A model generated the notes under the pieces. It saw nothing but the letters and a program-made list of their open reading frames with translations. It was not told the DNA's origin and searched no databases. Both the position numbers and the translations under genes were made by a program. From an archaeon (GTDB lineage Archaea > Micrarchaeota > Micrarchaeia > Anstonellales > Anstonellaceae): a DNA stretch of 64,000 nt. The stretch spans positions 28,638-92,637 of the forward strand of contig JAGVHI010000003.1 of NCBI GenBank assembly GCA_020056635.1, given 5' to 3'. Positions 56,624 to 64,000 of the stretch are shown piece after piece. Numbering within the stretch: position 1 is the first letter of the stretch; each line of letters starts with the position of its first letter.

Positions 56624-57490
56624 CTACTTCTTTTTCAGCTCAAAGAGCTGCAGGGCAATGCCAAAAACGATTATCAGAAGACCAGCCACTGATGAGAGAA
56701 GAATGGCCTCGCCAAGAAGAAAGTGGATATAGACCAGAGACATGAAAGGCGTCAGGAACATTATATTTGACATTTTTGCGGTATCGCCATGCTTGAGTGC
56801 CAGAGCCCATAATACCGAGGCTGCGGCGCTTGTGAAAAAGCCTAGCCAGACAAGTCCAGCCAGCTCTTGGAAGGATAATTGCGGAACTTGAGAAAACAAT
56901 ATGGTCGCAAGCGCAACTAAGATGAAAGTAAAAAGGAAATAGAACATGGTGGAAGTGACACGCTCGTAGTTGTATTTTTTCACCAAGACCATGTATAGGC
57001 CTGCTGAGAGCGCCCCGCCCAGAGCCAAAAGCGCCCCCACTGGATTTGATATGTGGAAACTGAACACGGCGCCTTTTGTCAAAACAATGTAAATGCCTGC
57101 GAAGCCAAGCAGGATTGCAAATAGTTTCCTGATGCCCAATTTCTCGCCTAGTATAGGCGCTGCGAATACTACAACCCATAGCAGCCACGTGTAATTCACT
57201 ATAGAAACCTCCTGTGCAGGTGAAATCGCAAGGGCGGCAAAAAGACATCCGTAATATATCAGCTGCCCTATGAAACCAAGCCATGCGAAGCGCCAATAAT
57301 CAATTACTGTATATTTTTTGATCAGGTTCAGCTTGTTTTGCCATAACGCTACCAAAAACAGGCTAATTGTCGCTATCATTGATGTGAAAAAAAGAACCTG
57401 CAAGCTGGAAAGGTTTTGCACTAGCAGTTTTGCCACTGCCGCGCTTGAGCCCCAAAGCAGCACGGCCAAGACCGCGTATATGTACGGCAT
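56624..57490 (-). CDS. EamA/DMT-superfamily transporter
   Basis: Ten TM segments in two EamA repeats. Confidence 0.7.
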   Translation of the reverse strand: MPYIYAVLAVLLWGSSAAVAKLLVQNLSSLQVLFFTSMIATISLFLVALWQNKLNLIKKYTVIDYWRFAWLGFIGQLIYYGCLFAALAISPAQEVSIVNYTWLLWVVVFAAPILGEKLGIRKLFAILLGFAGIYIVLTKGAVFSFHISNPVGALLALGGALSAGLYMVLVKKYNYERVTSTMFYFLFTFILVALATILFSQVPQLSFQELAGLVWLGFFTSAAASVLWALALKHGDTAKMSNIMFLTPFMSLVYIHFLLGEAILLSSVAGLLIIVFGIALQLFELKKK

Positions 57491-57515
57491 TTTTCCTTCA
57501 CCCATTTGATCGCCC

Positions 57516-58142
57516 TTATTTCTTTTTCAGCTCCATCATTTCAGAGAGCACTTCGTACGCCCGGGTGCTGTCGCTGTTCCTTAACAAAAGCAAGGTGTCG
57601 TTGTGGCACGATATTATTTCCAGCATGTTGATGCCCTCGGCCCAGAGCGCATCGAGCATTGTCGCAACTGAGCCCGGGATATTCTCGATTTCTTTTGGGG
57701 AGTATACTGTTATCAGCACAAGGTTATCTATAACATGGAGGTTTTTTTTCTTGAGTGCGGGAACGTATGACGAATCCACCACGCTCATCACACCGCTCCT
57801 GCTGTTGGAGACTGCAATTACCGGCACGCGTATTGCTGACTGGCTCCTTACCACCGCAACCTTGCTCCTTACCTCTATGCTGCTTTGCTTCAGTAGAGCC
57901 TCCACCCGAGCCTCATAATCTTCAGGGACCCGATGCTGCATTTTTCCTGCCCTGATTATTGCAGCTTTCACCGCGTCCGTCTTGCCCCCTGCACCTATTG
58001 ATTTTGAAATTTTGTGCGCAAGCTCAGAGTAATTGCACAGCCCGCCCCTCACCATAGAGAGGAGTATCGGTCTGCGCTTCAGGTAGAGCCTCACAAGGTT
58101 TGCAATCGAGCCTGTGTTTTTCATTTGTTCCACTTGGGACAT
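57516..58142 (-). CDS. Putative regulatory protein with ACT-like C-terminal domains
   Basis: The C-terminal half resembles aspartate-kinase ACT pairs (VATMLDALWAEGINMLEIIS...). The N-terminus is possibly winged-helix. Confidence 0.4.
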   Translation of the reverse strand: MSQVEQMKNTGSIANLVRLYLKRRPILLSMVRGGLCNYSELAHKISKSIGAGGKTDAVKAAIIRAGKMQHRVPEDYEARVEALLKQSSIEVRSKVAVVRSQSAIRVPVIAVSNSRSGVMSVVDSSYVPALKKKNLHVIDNLVLITVYSPKEIENIPGSVATMLDALWAEGINMLEIISCHNDTLLLLRNSDSTRAYEVLSEMMELKKK

Positions 58143-58296
58143 TTTGTCCTGAATTGTAATTTGGAGGACAGAGCTTATAAATCGCTCGTTCGGCGCAACT
58201 TATGCTGCAGGCGGCGGAAAAAACGGCATGCATCCGCATCAGGCTGGAGGATTTGTCCATCGCCGCCTGCATTTCCAAATAAAAGAGGTGGAGGAT

Positions 58297-58473
58297 ATGG
58301 GCGGGAACGTTGTGAATTGCATAGAATGCGATACAGGGAACGACATAGGGGAAGGCGGGGAGATTGGGCAGGTGATAAGCTGCTCGTGCTGCGGCACACT
58401 TCTGGAGATAATGTCGATTGCTCCGCTCTTGGTACAAAAGGCCCCGCAGATTTTGGAGGATTTTGGCGAGTGA
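58297..58473 (+). CDS. lysW: Amino-group carrier protein LysW/ArgW
   Basis: Zinc-ribbon CIEC...CSCCG and C-terminal ...ILEDFGE, which corresponds to the LysW EDWGE tail. Confidence 0.75.
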   Translation: MGGNVVNCIECDTGNDIGEGGEIGQVISCSCCGTLLEIMSIAPLLVQKAPQILEDFGE

Positions 58474-58509
58474 ATTTTGCGGGCAAGATAGAGGGATTGG
58501 GCGATTTCT

Positions 58510-59367
58510 ATGAAAATTGGTTTTGCATATACTATGCTAACCCCCGAGAATATGACAATTGTGAAAGCTGCAAAAAGCGATGGAGTGGAACTTGCGATGC
58601 TCAATGATGAGAAGGAGAGCTTGTCGCTGGGGGGTCTGCCGGAAGGGTTTGAGGAGGCGGGGTGCCTGCTTGACCGCTCAAGCGGGTTTTCGCGCTCGCT
58701 TTGCATATCGCACCTGTTCGAGCTGCATGGGGTTCCAGTGGTAAATTCGCACTTTGCGCAGAAAATATGCGGGGATAAGGTGGCGTGCAGCGCAGTGCTT
58801 GCGAAATCAGGGGTGCCTACGCCGAAAGTGCTGGTTGCGTTCTCAGCACAGGCTGCGCTTTCCGCTGTTGAGGAGATGGGTTACCCTTGTGTGATAAAGC
58901 CGCCGGTCGGGAGCTGGGGCAGGATGGTGTGCAAAATCACGGACAAGCATGCGGCTGAGGCAGTGGTTTCGCTTAAGAGCACGCTTGGTGGGTATGCTGA
59001 CAAGGTGTATTACATCCAGGAATTCGTGGACAAGCCGGGCAGGGATATCAGAGTGTTCCTGATAGGGGACGAGATTGTGTTTTCGATTTGCAGGACTGCA
59101 AAAGAGGGGGCGTTCCTGACGAACCTGAGCGCAGGGGGGACCGCTAGCGGGTTTGCGCTTACGGAAGAGATGGAAGAGGCAGTGCACAAGGTTGGCGGGA
59201 TTATGGGAAGCGGCATATATGGGATTGACTTGATTGAGGGAAAGGATGGCGGGTTCTATGTGCTTGAGGTGAACCATGCGCCAGAGTTCTCCAAATCAGC
59301 TGGGGCAGGGATTGGGAAGGTTGCGGAAAAAATTGTGCAGTTTGCAGTATCGTGCATGAAAAAGTAG
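58510..59367 (+). CDS. lysX: RimK-type ATP-grasp ligase LysX/ArgX (amino-acid--LysW ligase)
   Basis: ATP-grasp fold of ~285 aa, immediately downstream of lysW. Confidence 0.75.
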   Translation: MKIGFAYTMLTPENMTIVKAAKSDGVELAMLNDEKESLSLGGLPEGFEEAGCLLDRSSGFSRSLCISHLFELHGVPVVNSHFAQKICGDKVACSAVLAKSGVPTPKVLVAFSAQAALSAVEEMGYPCVIKPPVGSWGRMVCKITDKHAAEAVVSLKSTLGGYADKVYYIQEFVDKPGRDIRVFLIGDEIVFSICRTAKEGAFLTNLSAGGTASGFALTEEMEEAVHKVGGIMGSGIYGIDLIEGKDGGFYVLEVNHAPEFSKSAGAGIGKVAEKIVQFAVSCMKK

Positions 59368-59373
59368 GGGATT

Positions 59374-60288
59374 GTGATGGATTTTCTCAAAATGGGCGAC
59401 ATAAGCCCGAAAGATCTGCAGGACATACTCTGGGTTTCGCTTAGGATTAAGCAGGAGTTGAAAGGCGGAACGCATGAAGAGATGCTGAAGGGGAAAACGC
59501 TTCTGATGCTCTTTTCGAAAAATAGCACAAGGACGAGAGTTTCATTCGAGACCGGGATGACGCAGCTTGGGGGGCACGCAGTATTCCTGGATATGGAAAA
59601 ATCGCAGGGTTCCAGGGGCGAGAGTTTCTTTGATATGGGCGGGTCTGTGGGCGGGATGGCGGACTTGGTCATGGCAAGATTGCACTCGCACCAGGATATT
59701 GAGAAACTCGCAGAGGGTTCGGCTGCGCCTGTGATAAACGGGCTTACAGACTTGGAGCATCCATGCCAGGCGCTTTCGGACATGCTCACGCTCTGGGAGC
59801 TTGGGAAACTCAAAAAGGGGGGCAAGCTTGCGTTTGTCGGGGACTGCAGGAACAATGTGGCGAATTCCCTCATGCTTGCGTGCGCAATGTCCGGCTTGGA
59901 GGTTTCCATGGTAGGACCGGAGGGATATGCGCCAAAAAGCGAATATGTTGAGATGGCACAGGGGTTTGGGTGCAAGGTAGAGCATTGCGCTGATGTGGAA
60001 AAAGGGTTAGAGGGCGTGGATGCAGTTTATACTGACACCTGGGTTTCAATGGGTGATGAAATTGAAGCGAAGAAGAGGGTTGAAGTGTTATCTCCATACC
60101 AGGTGGATGAGAAGCTGATGTATTATGCAAAGCAGGATGCGGTATTCATGCACTGCCTTCCTGCGCATAGGGGGCAGGAGGTCACAAATGAGGTGATTGA
60201 TGGGAAGCAGAGCGTGGTATTCTTGCAGGCTGAGAACAGGATGCATGCGCAAAAAGGGCTTATGTGCTGGCTTCTCGGAAAGGCGTGA
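59374..60288 (+). CDS. argF: Ornithine carbamoyltransferase
   Basis: STRTR, HPCQ, SMG and FMHCLP motifs. Confidence 0.85.
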   Translation: MMDFLKMGDISPKDLQDILWVSLRIKQELKGGTHEEMLKGKTLLMLFSKNSTRTRVSFETGMTQLGGHAVFLDMEKSQGSRGESFFDMGGSVGGMADLVMARLHSHQDIEKLAEGSAAPVINGLTDLEHPCQALSDMLTLWELGKLKKGGKLAFVGDCRNNVANSLMLACAMSGLEVSMVGPEGYAPKSEYVEMAQGFGCKVEHCADVEKGLEGVDAVYTDTWVSMGDEIEAKKRVEVLSPYQVDEKLMYYAKQDAVFMHCLPAHRGQEVTNEVIDGKQSVVFLQAENRMHAQKGLMCWLLGKA

Positions 60289-60326
60289 TACGAATAGTTA
60301 TATTTCTATTTCGGGAAGCTATCCCT

Positions 60327-61397
60327 ATGGACATTGAGAGAAAAGTAGAGCTTGTGAAAAGGGCGCCAACCCAGGAAGTGATTACTGAGAAGGAGCTGCG
60401 GGAAGTGTTTGAGAACTACTCGCACCCGAAGCACTACATAGGGTTTGAGATTTCAGGAATGGTGCATTTGGGAAGCGGGCTTTGCACTGGGTTGAAAATA
60501 AAAGATTTGCTTGAGGCGGGAGTTAAGCCCACAATATTCCTTGCGGATTACCATGCGTGGATAAATGGGAAATTGGGCGGGGATCTGGAGAAAATCCAGA
60601 AAGTTGCGAAGGGGTATTTCAAGAGCGCGTTCTTGTCGCTCGGGCTTGAGGAGGGGAAAGTGGAGTTCGTGCTTGCATCCGAAATTTACGACAAGGAGTA
60701 TTGGAAGGATGTGCTCAAGATTTCGAAGGAGACTACGATTGCAAGGATGCTTAGGTGCACTACTATCATGGGGAGAACGCAGAAGGACGCGACGGATTCG
60801 GCTGCGATATTGTACCCTGCGATGCAGGCTGCAGATATTTGGAAACTGGATGTGCAGATTGCGCATGCGGGAATGGACCAGAGGAAAGTGCACATGCTTT
60901 CAAGGGAAGTGAGCGAAAAGCTCGGGAAGAGGAAAGTGGTCGCGGTGCATGGGAAGCTGCTTTCGGGGTTGTCTGGGCCAGGCAGGATGGATGCAGGGGC
61001 GGTGCAGGGGGAAGAAGAGAAGGACGCGGCTATGATTGCGGGCAAGATGAGCAAATCAAAGCCAGATTCGGCAATATTCATCCATGATTCGGAAGAGGAA
61101 ATAACGCGCAAGGTTGCAAAGGCGTACTGCCCGGAGAAAGCAGTTGAGGGGAACCCGGTAATCGAGATGATGGAGTATTTTGTGATGCGGGAGAAGGGAA
61201 GCGTGCTGAAAATCAGCAGGCCTGCAAAGTTCGGGGGGGACGTGGAGTTCGCATCAGCGCAAGAGGCGAAAATGGAGTATCTGCAGGGGAAATTGCACCC
61301 AATGGATTTGAAAGCGGCTGTTGCACGTGAACTGGGCGCGGTGCTAAAGCCGAGCAGGGACTATTTTGAAAAGAGGAAGGAAATGCTGGTGTTTTAG
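60327..61397 (+). CDS. tyrS: Tyrosyl-tRNA synthetase (archaeal type)
   Basis: HIGH-like HLGSG, GMDQRKVHML, KMSKS. Confidence 0.8.
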   Translation: MDIERKVELVKRAPTQEVITEKELREVFENYSHPKHYIGFEISGMVHLGSGLCTGLKIKDLLEAGVKPTIFLADYHAWINGKLGGDLEKIQKVAKGYFKSAFLSLGLEEGKVEFVLASEIYDKEYWKDVLKISKETTIARMLRCTTIMGRTQKDATDSAAILYPAMQAADIWKLDVQIAHAGMDQRKVHMLSREVSEKLGKRKVVAVHGKLLSGLSGPGRMDAGAVQGEEEKDAAMIAGKMSKSKPDSAIFIHDSEEEITRKVAKAYCPEKAVEGNPVIEMMEYFVMREKGSVLKISRPAKFGGDVEFASAQEAKMEYLQGKLHPMDLKAAVARELGAVLKPSRDYFEKRKEMLVF

Positions 61398-62111
61398 ATG
61401 GCATCGCGCGCGCTAAAGGACCATATGGAAGGGCACAGCGGGAGCAATGCGCTTGTGCGCCAGGTGATACTTGGCGGGCAGGACGGCGTTGTGAACATTT
61501 TGGGGTTGGTGCTCGGGGTTGCAAGTGCCACCAAAGACTCGAGGATTGTGATAATTGCGGGTGTTGCAACCGCGTTTGCAGAGAGTTTTTCCATGGCGGC
61601 GGTCGCGTATACCTCTGCGCGCGCAATGCATGATTTTTACGATTCCGAGCTGCAGCGGGAGAAGCAGGAGATTGAGGAAGTGCCGCATTTTGAGCGCGAG
61701 GAGATACGCGAGATTTACTCGAAAAAGGGGTTTAGGGGAAAGCTGCTTGACCGGATTGTGAGAACAATCACTTCGAACAAAAAGATTTGGCTCAAGGTGA
61801 TGATGGAAGAGGAGCTCAATTTGAGCATGCGCGAGTTCGAGAGCCCTAAAAAAGAGGCAGCAGTGGTAGGGCTTTCCGCGTTTGCTGGTTCGCTGATCCC
61901 GATTGCCCCGTTTTTCGTGCTGCCTGTATTCGAAGCCATGATCGTGTCCGCGCTTGCGTGCTCCGGAATATTGTTCGTGGGGGGCGCGATTAAAGCAAGG
62001 CTGACCATAGGAAGCTGGTGGAGAAGCGGGCTTGAAATAATGGGGGTCGGCATGGTGGCAGGCATGCTCGGATATGTGGTTGGGACGCTTCTTGGGGCTG
62101 CAAGCTTCTGA
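61398..62111 (+). CDS. VIT1/CCC1-family iron/manganese transporter
   Basis: VILGGQDGVVNILGLVLGVASA plus the C-terminal TM bundle. Confidence 0.75.
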   Translation: MASRALKDHMEGHSGSNALVRQVILGGQDGVVNILGLVLGVASATKDSRIVIIAGVATAFAESFSMAAVAYTSARAMHDFYDSELQREKQEIEEVPHFEREEIREIYSKKGFRGKLLDRIVRTITSNKKIWLKVMMEEELNLSMREFESPKKEAAVVGLSAFAGSLIPIAPFFVLPVFEAMIVSALACSGILFVGGAIKARLTIGSWWRSGLEIMGVGMVAGMLGYVVGTLLGAASF

Positions 62112-62165
62112 AAAATAGTCTTATTTTTTAAGTTCGGGGGGCAATTTTTCCATTGGGCGAGAGAG

Positions 62166-63293
62166 ATGAGGGACATATGCGATTTTGCGCTTGGGAAGAT
62201 GCCTGCAGAGGCGCTGTTTGCATTCAATACAAACGTCGATGCCATTGCAAAGCTTGAGAGCCTCCCAGGGCTTAGGCTGCCAGGGCTAATGGAGAGCATT
62301 GAGAAGTGCGAGCAGAAGGAGATACTTGTAGGGGGGGCGCAAGCAGAGGCGCTTTCAAGGCACCAGTGGCAGCATTCGATAGGCGGGCAGGCAGGAAGGT
62401 GTGCGCAGGTGGCGGCGTACCTTGGGGTGAAATCCTACCTTAACATACCTGTCTCGTGCCATGAGCAGAACCGCTTTTTCCACCCAAACGTGCACTGCGC
62501 GCACAATGGGGCGTTCATCCCTGCGGGAAGAGTAAGGGAATCCGGCAAGCCCCCTGTGCACTACATAATAGAATACGAGAGGGGGATGAAAATCGCCGGG
62601 CAGAAGCTGCACTGCCAGAACAGGTTTATAGCGTCGTATTATGGGAATGGCGGGCCTATGGATGCGCAAGTGGGGTTTGTGAAGCTGATGGAAGGGCAGG
62701 TGCGGTATGTGAACCGGGCCGTGCTAGGCGGGGCGCATCTTCTGCAGGAGAACAGGGCGCACAGGCTTGAAGAGGCAAGGGCGCTTATTGAAAGCTGGAA
62801 AAAGAGGAACCCGGAGCTAAAAGTGCATTTTGAGTGCGGGGATTTCCAGTCCGAGAAGGTTGCAAAGCTGTTCCTGCGCAGGGTTGCACCAGTGTGCGAT
62901 TCGATTGGGATAAACAGGGTCGAGTGCAGGCAATTGTCTGGAAGGGAGGGGAACGCTTTCGAAGCGGCGGCATCGCTTTTGCCTCACGTGCCGCTCGCTG
63001 TGTTGCATGAGCCCCAGTTTGCAGCCAGCTTCTCAGGGAAGGATGTTGCATGGGAATCGCTTGCATTCGGGAATTTGGTTGCCGCGTTCTACCTTGAGCA
63101 CGGCAGGCTTGCGAACATGGGAGAGCTCTATGCGTATGAGCCAAAAAAGAGGGCAACCGACAGGTTCACATTCGAATACCGGAATGCGAAAATAGACTGC
63201 GCAAGCGAGTTTGTGCCAACCTATGCAATCCTGCCCAAGCTCACTGTTGGCGGCGGGGATGCGTTTGCAGCCGGGTTTGCGCTCACTTATTGA
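62166..63293 (+). CDS. ADP-dependent sugar kinase family protein (ADP-GK/ADP-PFK-like, short form)
   Basis: GGQAG motif near the N-terminus and GGGDAF near the C-terminus. Confidence 0.5.
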   Translation: MRDICDFALGKMPAEALFAFNTNVDAIAKLESLPGLRLPGLMESIEKCEQKEILVGGAQAEALSRHQWQHSIGGQAGRCAQVAAYLGVKSYLNIPVSCHEQNRFFHPNVHCAHNGAFIPAGRVRESGKPPVHYIIEYERGMKIAGQKLHCQNRFIASYYGNGGPMDAQVGFVKLMEGQVRYVNRAVLGGAHLLQENRAHRLEEARALIESWKKRNPELKVHFECGDFQSEKVAKLFLRRVAPVCDSIGINRVECRQLSGREGNAFEAAASLLPHVPLAVLHEPQFAASFSGKDVAWESLAFGNLVAAFYLEHGRLANMGELYAYEPKKRATDRFTFEYRNAKIDCASEFVPTYAILPKLTVGGGDAFAAGFALTY

Positions 63294-63296
63294 ATT

Positions 63297-63593
63297 TCAA
63301 CTTTCGTTCAGCGCATCCAGATCCGCAAGCATTGAATCGAACTCCGAGTCCTCAATAGATGTGTTTATGTCATCTTCGCTCAGGTCCGGTGATTCAGCCT
63401 CGAGTGCATCCAGGTCCGAAAGGGATGAATCGAGCCCTGCATCCTCGCCCGGGGTTGCGACGTCATTGCCGCTAAGGGCTGGCTGCTCTGTGCCCGGAGG
63501 CGGAGGCTGCTGGGCTGGTGGCTGCTGCGAGCAGCCGAATAAAAGAAAAGAAAGCAGGAGTACTGAAACGAATATTGCGATTTTGCTATTCAT
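63297..63593 (-). CDS. Acidic secreted lipoprotein-like protein
   Basis: Signal peptide with a LFGCS lipobox, Pro/Gln-rich linker, Asp/Glu-rich tail. Confidence 0.4.
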   Translation of the reverse strand: MNSKIAIFVSVLLLSFLLFGCSQQPPAQQPPPPGTEQPALSGNDVATPGEDAGLDSSLSDLDALEAESPDLSEDDINTSIEDSEFDSMLADLDALNES

Positions 63594-63606
63594 GTTGCAA
63601 CACCCC

Positions 63607-64000
63607 CTAGCTTGCATCTGTGGATGGGTTCTTTAGCGCCTTGTAGTTTGCGCGCGCATCGGAAACAAATTCGCCCCATGAGTTCTTTATTTCCTGCACG
63701 ACTTCGCGCTTGCCCTTTATGTCAGGCGCATTTGCGAACCTTTCCTTGGCATCCTCAAGCCATGCGATGAAATCGGCGGCCTTCTCCTGGCTTATGATCC
63801 CCTTGTCCGCGAACTTCTTTGCCTTTTCCCCAAGGTTTGAAATCCGCTCCTTTATCATTTCATAAACTTTTCCCTTGAGCTGGCTCGTACATTGCGTAGC
63901 TTCGGTGCCTGTGCATTCCTTTATCTCATCGCGCACCTGCTTTGCGGCATTAAGGCCAACCACGCGCTTTAGGCACGCCTCGCGCTTGTCTTCGCCGAGG
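63607..64000 (-). CDS. Hypothetical protein (N-terminus beyond the window end)
   Basis: The ORF stays open to the window edge. Lys/Glu-rich helical. Confidence 0.3.
   Translation of the reverse strand, partial: LGEDKREACLKRVVGLNAAKQVRDEIKECTGTEATQCTSQLKGKVYEMIKERISNLGEKAKKFADKGIISQEKAADFIAWLEDAKERFANAPDIKGKREVVQEIKNSWGEFVSDARANYKALKNPSTDAS

Noticed and set aside
1-64000. CRISPR arrays, rRNA genes, integrases/transposases, toxin-antitoxin pairs
   Set aside because: None found. No periodic direct repeats, no rRNA-like conserved stretches, and no recombinase catalytic domains were seen in any frame I translated.

Overview
This window reads as an archaeal chromosomal segment of about 57% GC. 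The lineage call rests on the D-family DNA polymerase (DP1 and DP2 adjacent), the topoisomerase VI B/A operon, an Sm-like archaeal protein, aPelota with ABCE1, a KH/aDim2 protein, UPF0147, and class-III (archaeal type-IV-pilin-like) signal peptides. The core genes are dense and mostly recognisable.

Recognisable core genes, roughly in order:
- LonB protease (partial).
- A protein of three tandem RidA domains.
- Tryptophanase/tyrosine phenol-lyase.
- An HTH_10 regulator and a ZIP zinc transporter.
- An MtaB-like methylthiotransferase.
- A SAM-recycling trio: AhcY, a PfkB (adenosine-like) kinase and MtaD.
- NrdR, CysRS, ABCE1 and Pelota.
- PolD DP1 and DP2, and a DUF62 SAM hydroxide adenosyltransferase-like gene.
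- Topo VI B and A, TatD, an NYN domain protein and an Sm-like protein.
- Tdh and Kbl (divergent).
- LysW, LysX and ArgF, TyrRS, a VIT1 transporter and an ADP-dependent sugar kinase-like gene.

The most striking non-coding result concerns the tRNAs. Four tRNA genes are present, and two of them, tRNA-Phe(GAA) at 867-1051 and tRNA-Arg(TCT) at 30139-30364, are only visible after intron removal. Both are split inside the T-loop, at the same position (ttca|aat), by long insertions of about 111 and 128 nt that are clearly related to each other: each carries a perfect palindrome built from ttttctttc / gaaagaaaa arms. The Arg gene also has a 23-nt insertion in the anticodon stem. This looks like a small family of related long T-loop introns, or a mobile mini-element that targets tRNA T-loops.

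Accessory content:
- A five-gene locus at 24584-30015 in which every product has a class-III signal peptide, including a 1042-aa protein with four LamG (concanavalin-A-like) domains; predicted N-glycosylation sequons are dense across it. I read this as an adhesive pilus.
- A secreted-protein neighbourhood: a protein with a Por-secretion (T9SS-type) C-terminal sorting domain, a large subtilisin, and a Kazal-domain protein.
- A Cys-rich protein with an internal duplication, next to a regulator and the ZIP transporter.
- A slightly AT-richer stretch just downstream of tRNA-Ala that encodes a 611-aa orphan protein.

No CRISPR array, rRNA, integrase or transposase was seen.
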